A stretch of 35,212 nt of DNA from an uncultured archaeon (GTDB lineage Archaea; Asgardarchaeota; Lokiarchaeia; Sigyniarchaeales; SOKP01), in NCBI GenBank assembly GCA_964583985.1, contig CAZOYD010000037.1:1-35212 (forward strand), in the 5' to 3' direction. The notes under the pieces are model-generated. The model saw only the letters and a program-made list of their open reading frames with translations, ran no database searches and was not told the DNA's origin. Positions within the stretch are counted from its first letter, which is position 1; each line of letters begins with the position of its first letter. Both the position numbers and the translations under genes were made by a program. Below are positions 1 to 8,660 of the stretch, in pieces.

Positions 1-2
1 TT

Positions 3-176
3 GAATTATATGATCTCTTTAAAGTACTCTTTGTGGAAACAAATCCCGGACCTATTAAATACGCTGCTGAAAAAATGGGAATCATGAATAAAAGAATGCG
101 ATTACCGTTAACTCCTCCTTTAAATGAAAATCAAGAAAAAATCAATCGCGTTTTACAGAAACAAAATTTAATCTAA
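3..176 (+). CDS. dapA: 4-hydroxy-tetrahydrodipicolinate synthase, 3' end (truncated by window edge)
   Basis: Manual translation ELYDLFKVLFVETNPGPIKYAAEKMGIMNKRMRLPLTP...; the LF.ETNP.P.K and RLPL motifs are typical of the DapA C-terminus, and it lies directly upstream of dapB. Confidence 0.9.
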   Translation, partial: ELYDLFKVLFVETNPGPIKYAAEKMGIMNKRMRLPLTPPLNENQEKINRVLQKQNLI

Positions 177-202
177 TGAAATTTCAAAAAAATGTGATAA
201 TT

Positions 203-1024
203 ATGATAAAACTACTAATTTTAGGTCCATCTGGTTCGATGGGGAAATTAATCAGTCAACTTGCATTAGAGGATGAAAGTATTGAGGTAGTTGCTGCTTG
301 CGATATGTCGAATAAAGGTGAATCTTTAGGTTTTGTTGCTAATGCATTTGATAAAAATAATATTATTATCACGGATGTAAATCAACTTGATGATGTTATT
401 GATGAAGTAAAACCTGATGTTGTTGTTGATTTTACAATTGCAAGTGCAACGGAAAAGAATTGCATGATTTGCGTTAATAAGGGTCTAAGATGTGTCATAG
501 GAACAACAGCCTTATCTCCCTCTTTTTTAATTGAATTTGAAGATTCAGTAAAGAAACATGAAGCTCCAGCAGTTATATCTCCAAATATGGCTACAGGCAT
601 GAATGTAATTTTCAAAATGGCATCAATTTTATCACAATACTTATCTGATTGGGACATTGAAATAATAGAAGCTCATCATCATCGGAAGGCTGATGTGCCT
701 TCAGGAACAGCGTTAACAATCGCCAAAGAAATATGTGCTACTCTTGGGAGTGATCCAGAGGAAACTCTAAAATTCGGACGTTCATTTGGACCAAACAAAC
801 GAAAAATTGGAGCTAAGAACGAAATTGGTGTGCATGCTATTCGGGGGGGAGATATTATTGGAGATCACACCGTATTATACGCCGGTTCAGGAGAGCGAAT
901 TGAACTGAAGCACCAAGCGCATAGCAGAATGTGTTTTGCGGAAGGGGCAATTAAAGCAATAAAATTTATTGCCTTAGCTAAGGAAAATAAAATTTATGCC
1001 ACAGATGAAGTTTTGGGAATTTAG
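203..1024 (+). CDS. dapB: 4-hydroxy-tetrahydrodipicolinate reductase
   Basis: GPSGSMG nucleotide-binding loop, VDFT, IGTT and EAHHHRKADVPSGTA motifs. Start placed at ATG 203 after GTGA; the track start at 176 is in frame. Confidence 0.95.
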   Translation: MIKLLILGPSGSMGKLISQLALEDESIEVVAACDMSNKGESLGFVANAFDKNNIIITDVNQLDDVIDEVKPDVVVDFTIASATEKNCMICVNKGLRCVIGTTALSPSFLIEFEDSVKKHEAPAVISPNMATGMNVIFKMASILSQYLSDWDIEIIEAHHHRKADVPSGTALTIAKEICATLGSDPEETLKFGRSFGPNKRKIGAKNEIGVHAIRGGDIIGDHTVLYAGSGERIELKHQAHSRMCFAEGAIKAIKFIALAKENKIYATDEVLGI

Positions 1025-1065
1025 CTCTCTCCTAGCTTACAAAGAAGAAAGATAAAATTACAAAA

Positions 1066-1140
1066 ACCATCAGTGCAGATCAGTATTATCATCAATCTAT
1101 AATGGATACAGATTTCATAATGCCAACACTTCATCGAGAT
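1066..1140 (-). ncRNA. Box C/D methylation-guide sRNA (candidate)
   Basis: Minus strand reads C box CGATGA (1136-1131), 12-nt guide, D' ATGA (1118-1115), hairpin AATCTGTA/TATAGATT, C' TGATGA (1094-1089), guide TAATACTGATCTGCA, D box CTGA (1073-1070). TTTATTAA lies about 25 nt upstream and a T-rich tract follows. Confidence 0.8.
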
Positions 1141-1253
1141 TAATAAAGGGTATCCAAGCCTTAATAAACTCATGTTTTTATAATTCTATCTTAAAGAATA
1201 ATAGTATTTCAAAAATAAATTACTTTTGCTAATGTTAAATTAAAAAAATGAGT

Positions 1254-2567
1254 TTATTTTAAATGATCTGGAATGATTTGACGTGCAATTAAATCATCAA
1301 AACTTTCTGCTTCCCTGATAGTATAAGTTTTTCCTTTATTTATCAGAATTTCAGCTGCACGCGTGCGTGAATTATAATTTGAGCTCATCATGAATCCATA
1401 TGCTCCCGTGTCAAGAATAGCAAGATAATGGTTTTCCTTTAATTTAAAAAATTCACGATCTTTTCCAAGAACGTCCCCTGATTCACAAATTGGACCAACT
1501 ATATCATAAGTCAATATTTCATTTTCATTTTGATTTTCACATTTTATTATATGATGATATGAACCATATAATATTGGTCTAATGAGCGTATTAAATCCCG
1601 CATTTAACCCTGCGAACCATTTGTAGCCGTTATATTTAATTGTATTAATCTGTGCTAAAATAATGCTTGCTTCTGCTATTAAATACCTACCCGGTTCTAT
1701 TTTAAATTGAGGGATTCCTAAATTCTTTTTTTCTACTACATTTTTAAACTTTTTTACTACCAGATTGACATAAACTTTTAGATTTAGTGGATCGTCTTTA
1801 GGATCATATGGAATTCCCAAACCTCCTCCAAAATCAATGAATTCGAATTTTAAGTCAAGATTATCCTTTATTTCCATAATAATTGCGAGAAATTTATCGA
1901 CCGCTTTTTCAAAATCAAGAGGATTGATTATTCCAGAACCAATGTGAATGTGAATTCCAAATTTCATAAAACCAAGATTTTTTGCCTTGCTGTAAGCTTC
2001 GATAACTTGATTATCTAAAATCCCAAATTTTATGTTTTTACCAGCCGTAATTGTATGAGAATGATGTCCTGCTCCAAATTCAGGATTTATTCGAAAGGAA
2101 ATTAATTCTTTTTCTTTTCCTAATTCATCAGCGATTTTCACAAAGCGATCTAATTGGCTTAAACTATCCAAATTCACTGAAATATTATGTTCAAGGGCAA
2201 ATTTAAAATCCTCGTCAGTGAACATGTTGCCAGTGAACAATATTTTATCAGGAGATATTCCCACTTTTAGACAAGTTCTTACTTCTCCTAAAGAGGTGCA
2301 ATCAAAACTAGCGCCTTCGGATTTTAAAATCCTTATAATAGCTAGGTTTGAATTAGCTTTTACCGCATAATGAATTTCATTGTTCTCGTATTCAGAATTA
2401 ATTGCATTCTTCAATTTATTATATCTATTTCTAATCATTTGTTCATTATAGACATAAAGTGGAGTTCCATACTGGTTTGCTAAGTTTATTGTATTAACAT
2501 CAGCAAAATATAAAATTCCATCTCGATATTCTAAATCTTTATTTTTTAGCCACTCTTCGTAATTCAT
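1254..2567 (-). CDS. lysA: Diaminopimelate decarboxylase
   Basis: GTPLYVY, YAVKANSN (PLP lysine), HIHIGS, DFGGGLG, EPGR, GPICESGD and GAYG motifs. Confidence 0.95.
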   Translation of the reverse strand: MNYEEWLKNKDLEYRDGILYFADVNTINLANQYGTPLYVYNEQMIRNRYNKLKNAINSEYENNEIHYAVKANSNLAIIRILKSEGASFDCTSLGEVRTCLKVGISPDKILFTGNMFTDEDFKFALEHNISVNLDSLSQLDRFVKIADELGKEKELISFRINPEFGAGHHSHTITAGKNIKFGILDNQVIEAYSKAKNLGFMKFGIHIHIGSGIINPLDFEKAVDKFLAIIMEIKDNLDLKFEFIDFGGGLGIPYDPKDDPLNLKVYVNLVVKKFKNVVEKKNLGIPQFKIEPGRYLIAEASIILAQINTIKYNGYKWFAGLNAGFNTLIRPILYGSYHHIIKCENQNENEILTYDIVGPICESGDVLGKDREFFKLKENHYLAILDTGAYGFMMSSNYNSRTRAAEILINKGKTYTIREAESFDDLIARQIIPDHLK

Positions 2568-2591
2568 TTTTTACCAGCTTATAATAAAATA

Positions 2592-3464
2592 TTAAAATTC
2601 AATTTGAGAAATCATACCTTCAAACACTTTCTCAGCAGGACCTTCCATGTAAGTATTTTGCCCATCATAAGTAATAATTAAATCACCTCCATCATTATGG
2701 ACGGTGACGGCATTATTTTTTTTAAAAACGCCTAATATCGTTCCTGCTACAACAGCAGCACAAGTTCCAGTCCCACAAGATTTTGTTATCCCAGCTCCTC
2801 GTTCAAACACTCTTAAATTAGCTTCATTTTCAGAAATAACTTTCACAAATTCCACATTAGTTCTTTTAGGAAAGCGTTCATTGGATTCGATTAAGGCTCC
2901 ATATGTATTTAATTGCTCATCATTTAATAAATCATTAGTGAAAATGATAGCATGTGGATTTCCCATCGAAATTGCAGTGAATTCGAATATTCTATCTAAT
3001 ACTACTAACGATTCATTCACACATCGATTATTCAAACCACTTGCGACTACTGGAATGCTATCGCAGTCTAAAATGGGAGGTCCCATATTAATCTTCACAG
3101 ATCTTACCTTTTCTTCTATTATAGTCAGTCTTGCAGTAATTATACCTTTTAGCGTCTCGATTTCTATATACTCTTTTTTGATGATCTCATTTTCATAAAT
3201 GTACTTAGCAAAACATCGAATACCATTGCCACACATTTCGGCTTCCGTACCATCAGGATTAAACATTTTCATGCGAATGTCTGTTTTATTTGAGTCGCAT
3301 ACAAATAATACACCATCAGCACCTATTGAAAAATGAGAAACGCATAAAATTTTAGCCAGATCCTTCTTTTTATCATCGTCAATTCCCCAACGTAGATTAT
3401 TAATAATTATATAGTCATTGCCTAACCCATGATGTTTTTCAAAATCGAGATTTTCTAATTTCAT
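2592..3464 (-). CDS. dapF: Diaminopimelate epimerase
   Basis: HGLGNDY, EMCGNGIRC, MGNPH, ERGAGITKSCGTG motifs. Confidence 0.95.
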   Translation of the reverse strand: MKLENLDFEKHHGLGNDYIIINNLRWGIDDDKKKDLAKILCVSHFSIGADGVLFVCDSNKTDIRMKMFNPDGTEAEMCGNGIRCFAKYIYENEIIKKEYIEIETLKGIITARLTIIEEKVRSVKINMGPPILDCDSIPVVASGLNNRCVNESLVVLDRIFEFTAISMGNPHAIIFTNDLLNDEQLNTYGALIESNERFPKRTNVEFVKVISENEANLRVFERGAGITKSCGTGTCAAVVAGTILGVFKKNNAVTVHNDGGDLIITYDGQNTYMEGPAEKVFEGMISQIEF

Positions 3465-3559
3465 GATGCACCTTTTTTAATTCTATCTTATTGAAACATT
3501 AAATAGTCTATAACCATTATAATAATATATATTTCATTAAAAATTGTGATTGTACCATA

Positions 3560-4078
3560 ATGAAACAGAAATTACTACTCTTATCAGTGTTGGTATTATT
3601 TGTATTTATTCCAACTAAAACTTATGCATTTACTCACATAGATGATATTAATAATGGAATCTCTGTTTTTTTTCTCGTTGATCTAAATGCCTCTGATACC
3701 ATTGAAATCAATGTAACTCATACCGGAAGCGGAAATTTCGAGTTATTTTTATTTGATGCCCGACCTGTGGATTCCTATGTAAAAATAGATAATACACTTA
3801 ATCCAGAAATTTATAATCAAGCAATAAACTATAGCACTGGCGATAATCCATACATTAATTATACGGTAACCTCACTGCAAATCTATTACATACAACTCGT
3901 TTTATTAAACAATGGTCCAGACACGTTCTTCCTATATTGCAATTATGATTTAGTCCGATATTATCTGCCTACAATACCCGGCTATAACATGGAATTCATA
4001 TTGCTTACTCTTGCCGCAACTTTAATGATTTTCTTAATTTTTCGAAAGAAACTCACGAAATCAATAATGTATAAATAG
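3560..4078 (+). CDS. Secreted/surface protein with Loki-CTERM-like C-terminal sorting signal
   Basis: N-terminal signal peptide; C-terminal IPGY + hydrophobic helix + RKK. Confidence 0.75.
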   Translation: MKQKLLLLSVLVLFVFIPTKTYAFTHIDDINNGISVFFLVDLNASDTIEINVTHTGSGNFELFLFDARPVDSYVKIDNTLNPEIYNQAINYSTGDNPYINYTVTSLQIYYIQLVLLNNGPDTFFLYCNYDLVRYYLPTIPGYNMEFILLTLAATLMIFLIFRKKLTKSIMYK

Positions 4079-4130
4079 TTATTCAACTAATTTTAAACCA
4101 ATTTAATGAATTAATTTAAGTGAAACATCC

Positions 4131-4751
4131 ATGAAAATGTATGAAAGAATTCATCCTAGTTATTTTTCTTATGTCGGATTGATCATTTTTGTTGTTGGAT
4201 TAATTCCTGCGATGATTGTGCAAACAGATTTTAGTTTCTTAGTCACTCATATCAGCGATCTTGGGACCCCCTCTAATGAAATGTATCTCTTCTTTAATTT
4301 TTGCTGGTTCTTAACTGGATTATTAATGATCTGCTTTTTATTGGGGTTTACTTATTATTTAAAAGATAAAGGAGCAAGTGGAAAGAGTGCGTGGCTCTCT
4401 TTTATTTTCAGTTGCCTTTCAGCAGTGGGAATTTTAGGCTTATCCATATTCAATAGTGAACAGGCACCAGACATGCATTTATTAGCGGAATACTTGTTTT
4501 TCTTTGCTGGCATTTTATATTTATTTGCTTATGCAATTATTGAAAGCAAGATTTCAAGTTTTTCCAAGTTTCAGGTGTTTTTTAATCTAATAGTGGCAGT
4601 CTTCTTCTTTCTCTATCTGGTGATGATCATATTAGATAAAATCAATCCGGGATTCGCACCCGAATTTCAATCCTTGGCTGAATGGTTATTCTTGTTTTCG
4701 AACCTATTCTGGTTTCTGGAAAATGGGATTTACATCCAAAAACACAAATAA
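4131..4751 (+). CDS. Polytopic membrane protein, DUF998/Frag1-like
   Basis: About 6 hydrophobic segments, ISDLG motif, H in the fourth helix, EW in the last helix. Confidence 0.65.
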   Translation: MKMYERIHPSYFSYVGLIIFVVGLIPAMIVQTDFSFLVTHISDLGTPSNEMYLFFNFCWFLTGLLMICFLLGFTYYLKDKGASGKSAWLSFIFSCLSAVGILGLSIFNSEQAPDMHLLAEYLFFFAGILYLFAYAIIESKISSFSKFQVFFNLIVAVFFFLYLVMIILDKINPGFAPEFQSLAEWLFLFSNLFWFLENGIYIQKHK

Positions 4752-4824
4752 TTTATTTTATTTTTTTTTAAATTTTGTTTTCTGAACAAAAATATTGTCA
4801 TCTTGATCGATTTTCAGCATAATT

Positions 4825-4878
4825 CAATTTAAATGATCAATTTGAATATCTACCTTTCAAAAAACCAATTTAAATGAT
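4825..4878. repeat. Direct repeat CAATTTAAATGAT x2 (4825-4837, 4866-4878) upstream of cdhD; possible regulator sites
   Basis: Exact 13-nt repeat with palindromic core ATTTAAAT, 41 nt apart. Confidence 0.4.
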
Positions 4879-5010
4879 TACTCAAATCGAAAAACCCAGT
4901 TGGGAATATTTATATTTTTTTCAATAATCCCCTTATTATTAAAAACAATTTAACATCAAAAGTGATTATATATTTCATTTGAAGAAATTAGCAAAAAACT
5001 TGCTCAATTG

Positions 5011-6194
5011 ATGAAAGATACCGAAGAAATTGAGCTTAGAGATGTCGATTTATTTGCAGATTACCTTGAGTTTCAAATGTTACCCCAGATGGTAGTTTCT
5101 GCTGCTCAAGCTACGTTACCCGGCATCGGAAAGGCTGAATGGAAAGACGTGAAGTTTAAACTTGACTTGAATTATCCCGGTAAAATTGAAACCATTGAAT
5201 TTGTTCGCTCTAAAGGTAAGAAGGTTACGATTGGTGGTGAAGTGGTGCCTCCTTTTTATAACTTCCTCGGACTTGATAAACGCAACCCCAATCCTCCACT
5301 GGTTACGTATGATGTGTTCGATATGGGTTCTAAAATGATGCTTCCAAAACCCATTAAGCAAGAGTATGGAGAAGTATTACAACATCCTGCTGAATGGGCT
5401 AAATTCGCAGTTGATAAATTCGGTGCTCAATGCATTACATTCCACTCTCTTGAAATTGATCCTGCCATGGGTGATGCACCAATAAGTCAATCCGTGAAAT
5501 ACTTAGAAGATATTTTGCAAGCAGTTGATGTACCCGTCATCATTGGATGTTCGGGTAATAAAAAGAAAGATATTGAATTATTCGAAGCCACAGCTCCGAT
5601 AACAGAAAGCGAAGTATTGATGCTATCTGCCGCAGACAAAGCCACATGGGAGGAAGTAATCCCCTTAGCAGTTAAATATGACCATAATTGCTTGTTATGG
5701 ACGAGTTTAGACCTCAACAATCAAATTAAAATGAATAAAGACGCTTTAGAGCTTGGACTCCCCCGTAATCGGATCGTAATGGATCCTACCTGCGCAACAG
5801 CATAATTTAAAAATCTTAAATTGCTGCGATTTTAGGCTACGGGATGGAGTACAGTTTTAGCATCTACCAAAGAATGCGAGTCGCGGGTCTTTTGGGTGAA
5901 GAAGATTTAGCGTACCCAATTAGTGGTGGAACTACTAACGCATGGGGCGCTCGTGAAGCGTGGATGAGCGAAAAACAAGTTCCTGAATGGGGTTTACGAC
6001 AGTATAGAGGACCTATTTGGGAAATCATAAATGCTCTTTCATTAAGCTTGGTTGGTTTAGATTTAGCCATGATGTTCCATCCCGTTTCAGCTAGCTATGT
6101 CAAGGAGATTACGGGACAATTCTTTGCCGAAATACCTAAAGTAATGGACAACTTGGGTTATTACGACTGGGTTTCCGCTCGTATAAAGAAATAA
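5011..6194 (+). CDS. cdhD: Acetyl-CoA decarbonylase/synthase complex delta subunit (corrinoid Fe-S protein small subunit); two exons 5011-5798 and 5831-6194
   Basis: ORFs 5008-5805 and 5844-6194 are the N- and C-parts of CdhD (VTIGGE, PAEWAK, IVMDPT / LGYGMEYS, NAWGAREAW, MMFHP). Joining 5798 to 5831 gives DPTCATLGYG in one open frame of about 383 aa. Confidence 0.9.
5799..5830 (+). other. Putative 32-nt bulge-helix-bulge (BHB) intron in cdhD mRNA
   Basis: Central helix CGCA (5793-5796)/TGCG (5825-5828), 3-nt bulges ACA (5797-5799) and ATT (5829-5831), intron hairpin GCA..ATTTAA/TTAAAT-TGC; contains the in-frame TAA. Confidence 0.85.
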
Positions 6195-6276
6195 TCTATT
6201 TTTTCATGCTTTTATAATTCTTATTTTCTATTCCTTTTTTTAATATACTAATCTTCATTTGATTGCATTCACCGTT

Positions 6277-7485
6277 TTAAATTCCTTTTAAAAAGCTTCT
6301 TTTTTTAAGAGTCATTTTAAGAATTAGAGATTCTATTCGTCGTAATGTAAGAACATCTTTTTTTGGAATGAGCTCATATATTTCCTCAAGGTCATCCTGA
6401 CTAAGGAGCTTGAAGAAATCCTTTTGCAATAAATATTGATAAGATTCAGAATCATCCTTTTTTAAGTATGAAATTATTTCTTTCTTGATAACATCTTTGG
6501 CTTTTGGAATATCTCTTTCAATTAATTCTTTAAGTAGCGGGTACCACACTCTTCTCTTCTCCATAAAGGCGAAATCCACTCTTTTTTCAAGCCAATCTTC
6601 AAATAACACTTCCAATTCTTCATTTGAAAAGAGATTTAGATATTTTTCATTAAGGTAAAATACAATCGTATTATGATTTTTGGACGCAATCCTAAATGCG
6701 ATGCTTTCCTTCAATCGAAAAATCGCTTTTTGATCTCCTAAGAACGCAATTTTCTTAAGTAAGGGGATCGATAGGCTACTGTGTAGAATTCGGAGATCAT
6801 AATCATGTTCATACCATGCTTGTAGATTAGAACAATGACCAAAGAATTCAGATTCTGGATCAATGATTTCATGCACATTTTCATGAATCTTGTCCATATT
6901 ATTGTAAATCTCAAAAGCTTGGTCAATCGAATCAATATGATCAAAATTAACAAAATCCTTTTGGGTGAGGTTCAGGAGGAGATACTTGCATTGGTTGAAC
7001 GGTTTTTCGCCAACAAAGATTATCGTTCGTCCCTTTATTAATTTTAACGCGAGATACTCATTGATCCTATATTCTTTCTCCTCAGGAAATATATCTTTTT
7101 CAACGATCTCTGCCCTCTCACTATTTCGAATATATCTCATATCCGCTAATCTTTCTTTGACTTCCATTGATTCAAGATTAAATGCATCAAGAAATTCTTG
7201 AGCTTCATCTCCTTGGTCAACAGAAATAATTTTACATTGATGATATTGAGCAGCATTCATTAATTCCATTTGAATATCTCGTGCTGCCTTGTAACTGACA
7301 AATCTTTTTTTTACTGGAGATTTTGCTCCCTTCCAAATAAAGATTCTCTTTAGATCTTCTCTAACAAGCACTAAAACCCGTTCAGGATTAAGATTTTGGC
7401 TTAAATCCTTCTCCGTGAATTCAAGTTCTTTTCGTTCTCCGTTATCTAACAGTTCAAAAGCAAAAAAAAATCTTAATTCATCCAT
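6277..7485 (-). CDS. Gelsolin-like domain fused to a Lokiarchaeia-type GHCSNLQAW domain
   Basis: N-terminal RIFIWKGAKSPVKKRF...VDQGDE.QEFL (gelsolin-repeat-like); C-part NEYLALKL...FNQCKYLLL...EFFGHCSNLQAWYEHDYD. Confidence 0.7.
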   Translation of the reverse strand: MDELRFFFAFELLDNGERKELEFTEKDLSQNLNPERVLVLVREDLKRIFIWKGAKSPVKKRFVSYKAARDIQMELMNAAQYHQCKIISVDQGDEAQEFLDAFNLESMEVKERLADMRYIRNSERAEIVEKDIFPEEKEYRINEYLALKLIKGRTIIFVGEKPFNQCKYLLLNLTQKDFVNFDHIDSIDQAFEIYNNMDKIHENVHEIIDPESEFFGHCSNLQAWYEHDYDLRILHSSLSIPLLKKIAFLGDQKAIFRLKESIAFRIASKNHNTIVFYLNEKYLNLFSNEELEVLFEDWLEKRVDFAFMEKRRVWYPLLKELIERDIPKAKDVIKKEIISYLKKDDSESYQYLLQKDFFKLLSQDDLEEIYELIPKKDVLTLRRIESLILKMTLKKRSFLKGI

Positions 7486-7782
7486 TTTAATTAAAAAATC
7501 TTATATTTTTGTATCAACTCGTCGTTGAGTTCATCAAGCAAGATGTTCATGCTTTCTGCAATAATTAGATTTATTTCTGATTTATAGACTTATTTTCTAT
7601 TTTTAATTTGTTTTTTGAAAGGGTTGGTTAATTTTGCATATCCGTATATTTTATATTTTTAACTTAGCAATACGAATTACTGTATAAGATCATCAAGATT
7701 ACATAATTTCTTTCATAAGTTTTAAATATTCTATTTTACCTAGAAAATTAGTTAGGAAATTAATAACGAGGGGGAAAATATT

Positions 7783-7887
7783 ATGAAAATTATGGATCTT
7801 TATACAGTTTTTCTTACAATTATAGGATTTTCCACTTTGTTTGCTTTAGGGTATTTAATAATTTTCTTTGCAAGTATCATTTTCTAA
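7783..7887 (+). CDS. Small hydrophobic peptide, 34 aa (not in the ORF track)
   Basis: MKIMDLYTVFLTIIGFSTLFALGYLIIFFASIIF*, preceded by purine-rich GAGGGGG. Confidence 0.5.
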   Translation: MKIMDLYTVFLTIIGFSTLFALGYLIIFFASIIF

Positions 7888-7951
7888 TGAAATATTGTTA
7901 ATTAACATCTCTTCATACTTCACATTATCTATCATTAATAGTCAAGAAGCT

Positions 7952-8569
7952 TCACTTTTCTAAGTATTTTTTCAATCGATCAGTACCAAAAAATCGAACC
8001 TCTAATAGGATTTTTCTGAAAAGATCTTGAGCTACATCATATTCATTAAATTTCTTTTCTAGTAATCGGAATTGTTTAGAGTGATTTGGGTATTTAATGT
8101 GTAAAATTTCATGATATAATAGAAATTTAATTAAAAATTTTGGAGTATTCTTAAAACTACTCGATATCAATACCTCATTTCGTATTTCACGTTTTCTATC
8201 GGTTCTAAAATACTTTCCCCCTAATTGATAGGTGACACGGGAATTCCACTTTACTTTAACAGAATTCAACAATGATTTTTGTTCTGTAGAAAAGGTATCA
8301 TATACGTTAGAATATTCTTTCTTGAGTTCTTCAATGAGAAGATAAAAATCTTCGTCTGAATCATAGGATGAACGTTTAAAAGAAGGGAAAGGGGCATTAA
8401 TTTTATTTTCCTTGAACAATATACCGTACGATACCCTGTATTTTTTATTATTTACCTGTAGTAAGGCCGTTTTAGGATTTTTTTTTAGGACAATGGCTTT
8501 GTTAAGCTTTCCATTAAAATGAAAAAAAACTTCATTTCCAATTTCCACATTTTTTTTTTCGATCATCAA
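7952..8569 (-). CDS. YgjP/DUF45-like (SprT/M48-related) zinc metallohydrolase
   Basis: LLYHEILHIKYPNHSKQF (HExxH...H.xxF). Confidence 0.7.
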   Translation of the reverse strand: MMIEKKNVEIGNEVFFHFNGKLNKAIVLKKNPKTALLQVNNKKYRVSYGILFKENKINAPFPSFKRSSYDSDEDFYLLIEELKKEYSNVYDTFSTEQKSLLNSVKVKWNSRVTYQLGGKYFRTDRKREIRNEVLISSSFKNTPKFLIKFLLYHEILHIKYPNHSKQFRLLEKKFNEYDVAQDLFRKILLEVRFFGTDRLKKYLEK

Positions 8570-8660
8570 TACTCAGTATAATGTTTCTACTTTTTACTAA
8601 ACTCTCTTTTTCATTCTAAAATAAGAAAATGCATATAAATTCTTTGAGTCAACAAGTTTT

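Noticed and set aside
1021-1173. 50-aa minus-strand ORF (MSLLRLGYP...)
   Set aside because: It is not protein-like, and the same DNA is better explained as a box C/D sRNA.
4815-4824. CAGCATAATT identical to the cdhD intron 5' junction (5798-5807)
   Set aside because: A 10-nt match in AT-rich DNA is compatible with chance.
5008-6194. cdhD as a simple frameshifted pseudogene or two-gene split
   Set aside because: The break is a discrete 32-nt insert with BHB geometry whose predicted excision restores the motif exactly, and both halves look intact.
7508-7555. TGATGA...TTGA hairpin upstream of the gelsolin-like gene, as a C/D sRNA or SECIS
   Set aside because: The would-be guide is self-paired (AACTC/GAGTT), no complete box set is present, the stem is too short for a SECIS, and there is no nearby UGA-containing gene. 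At most it is a 5'-UTR hairpin.
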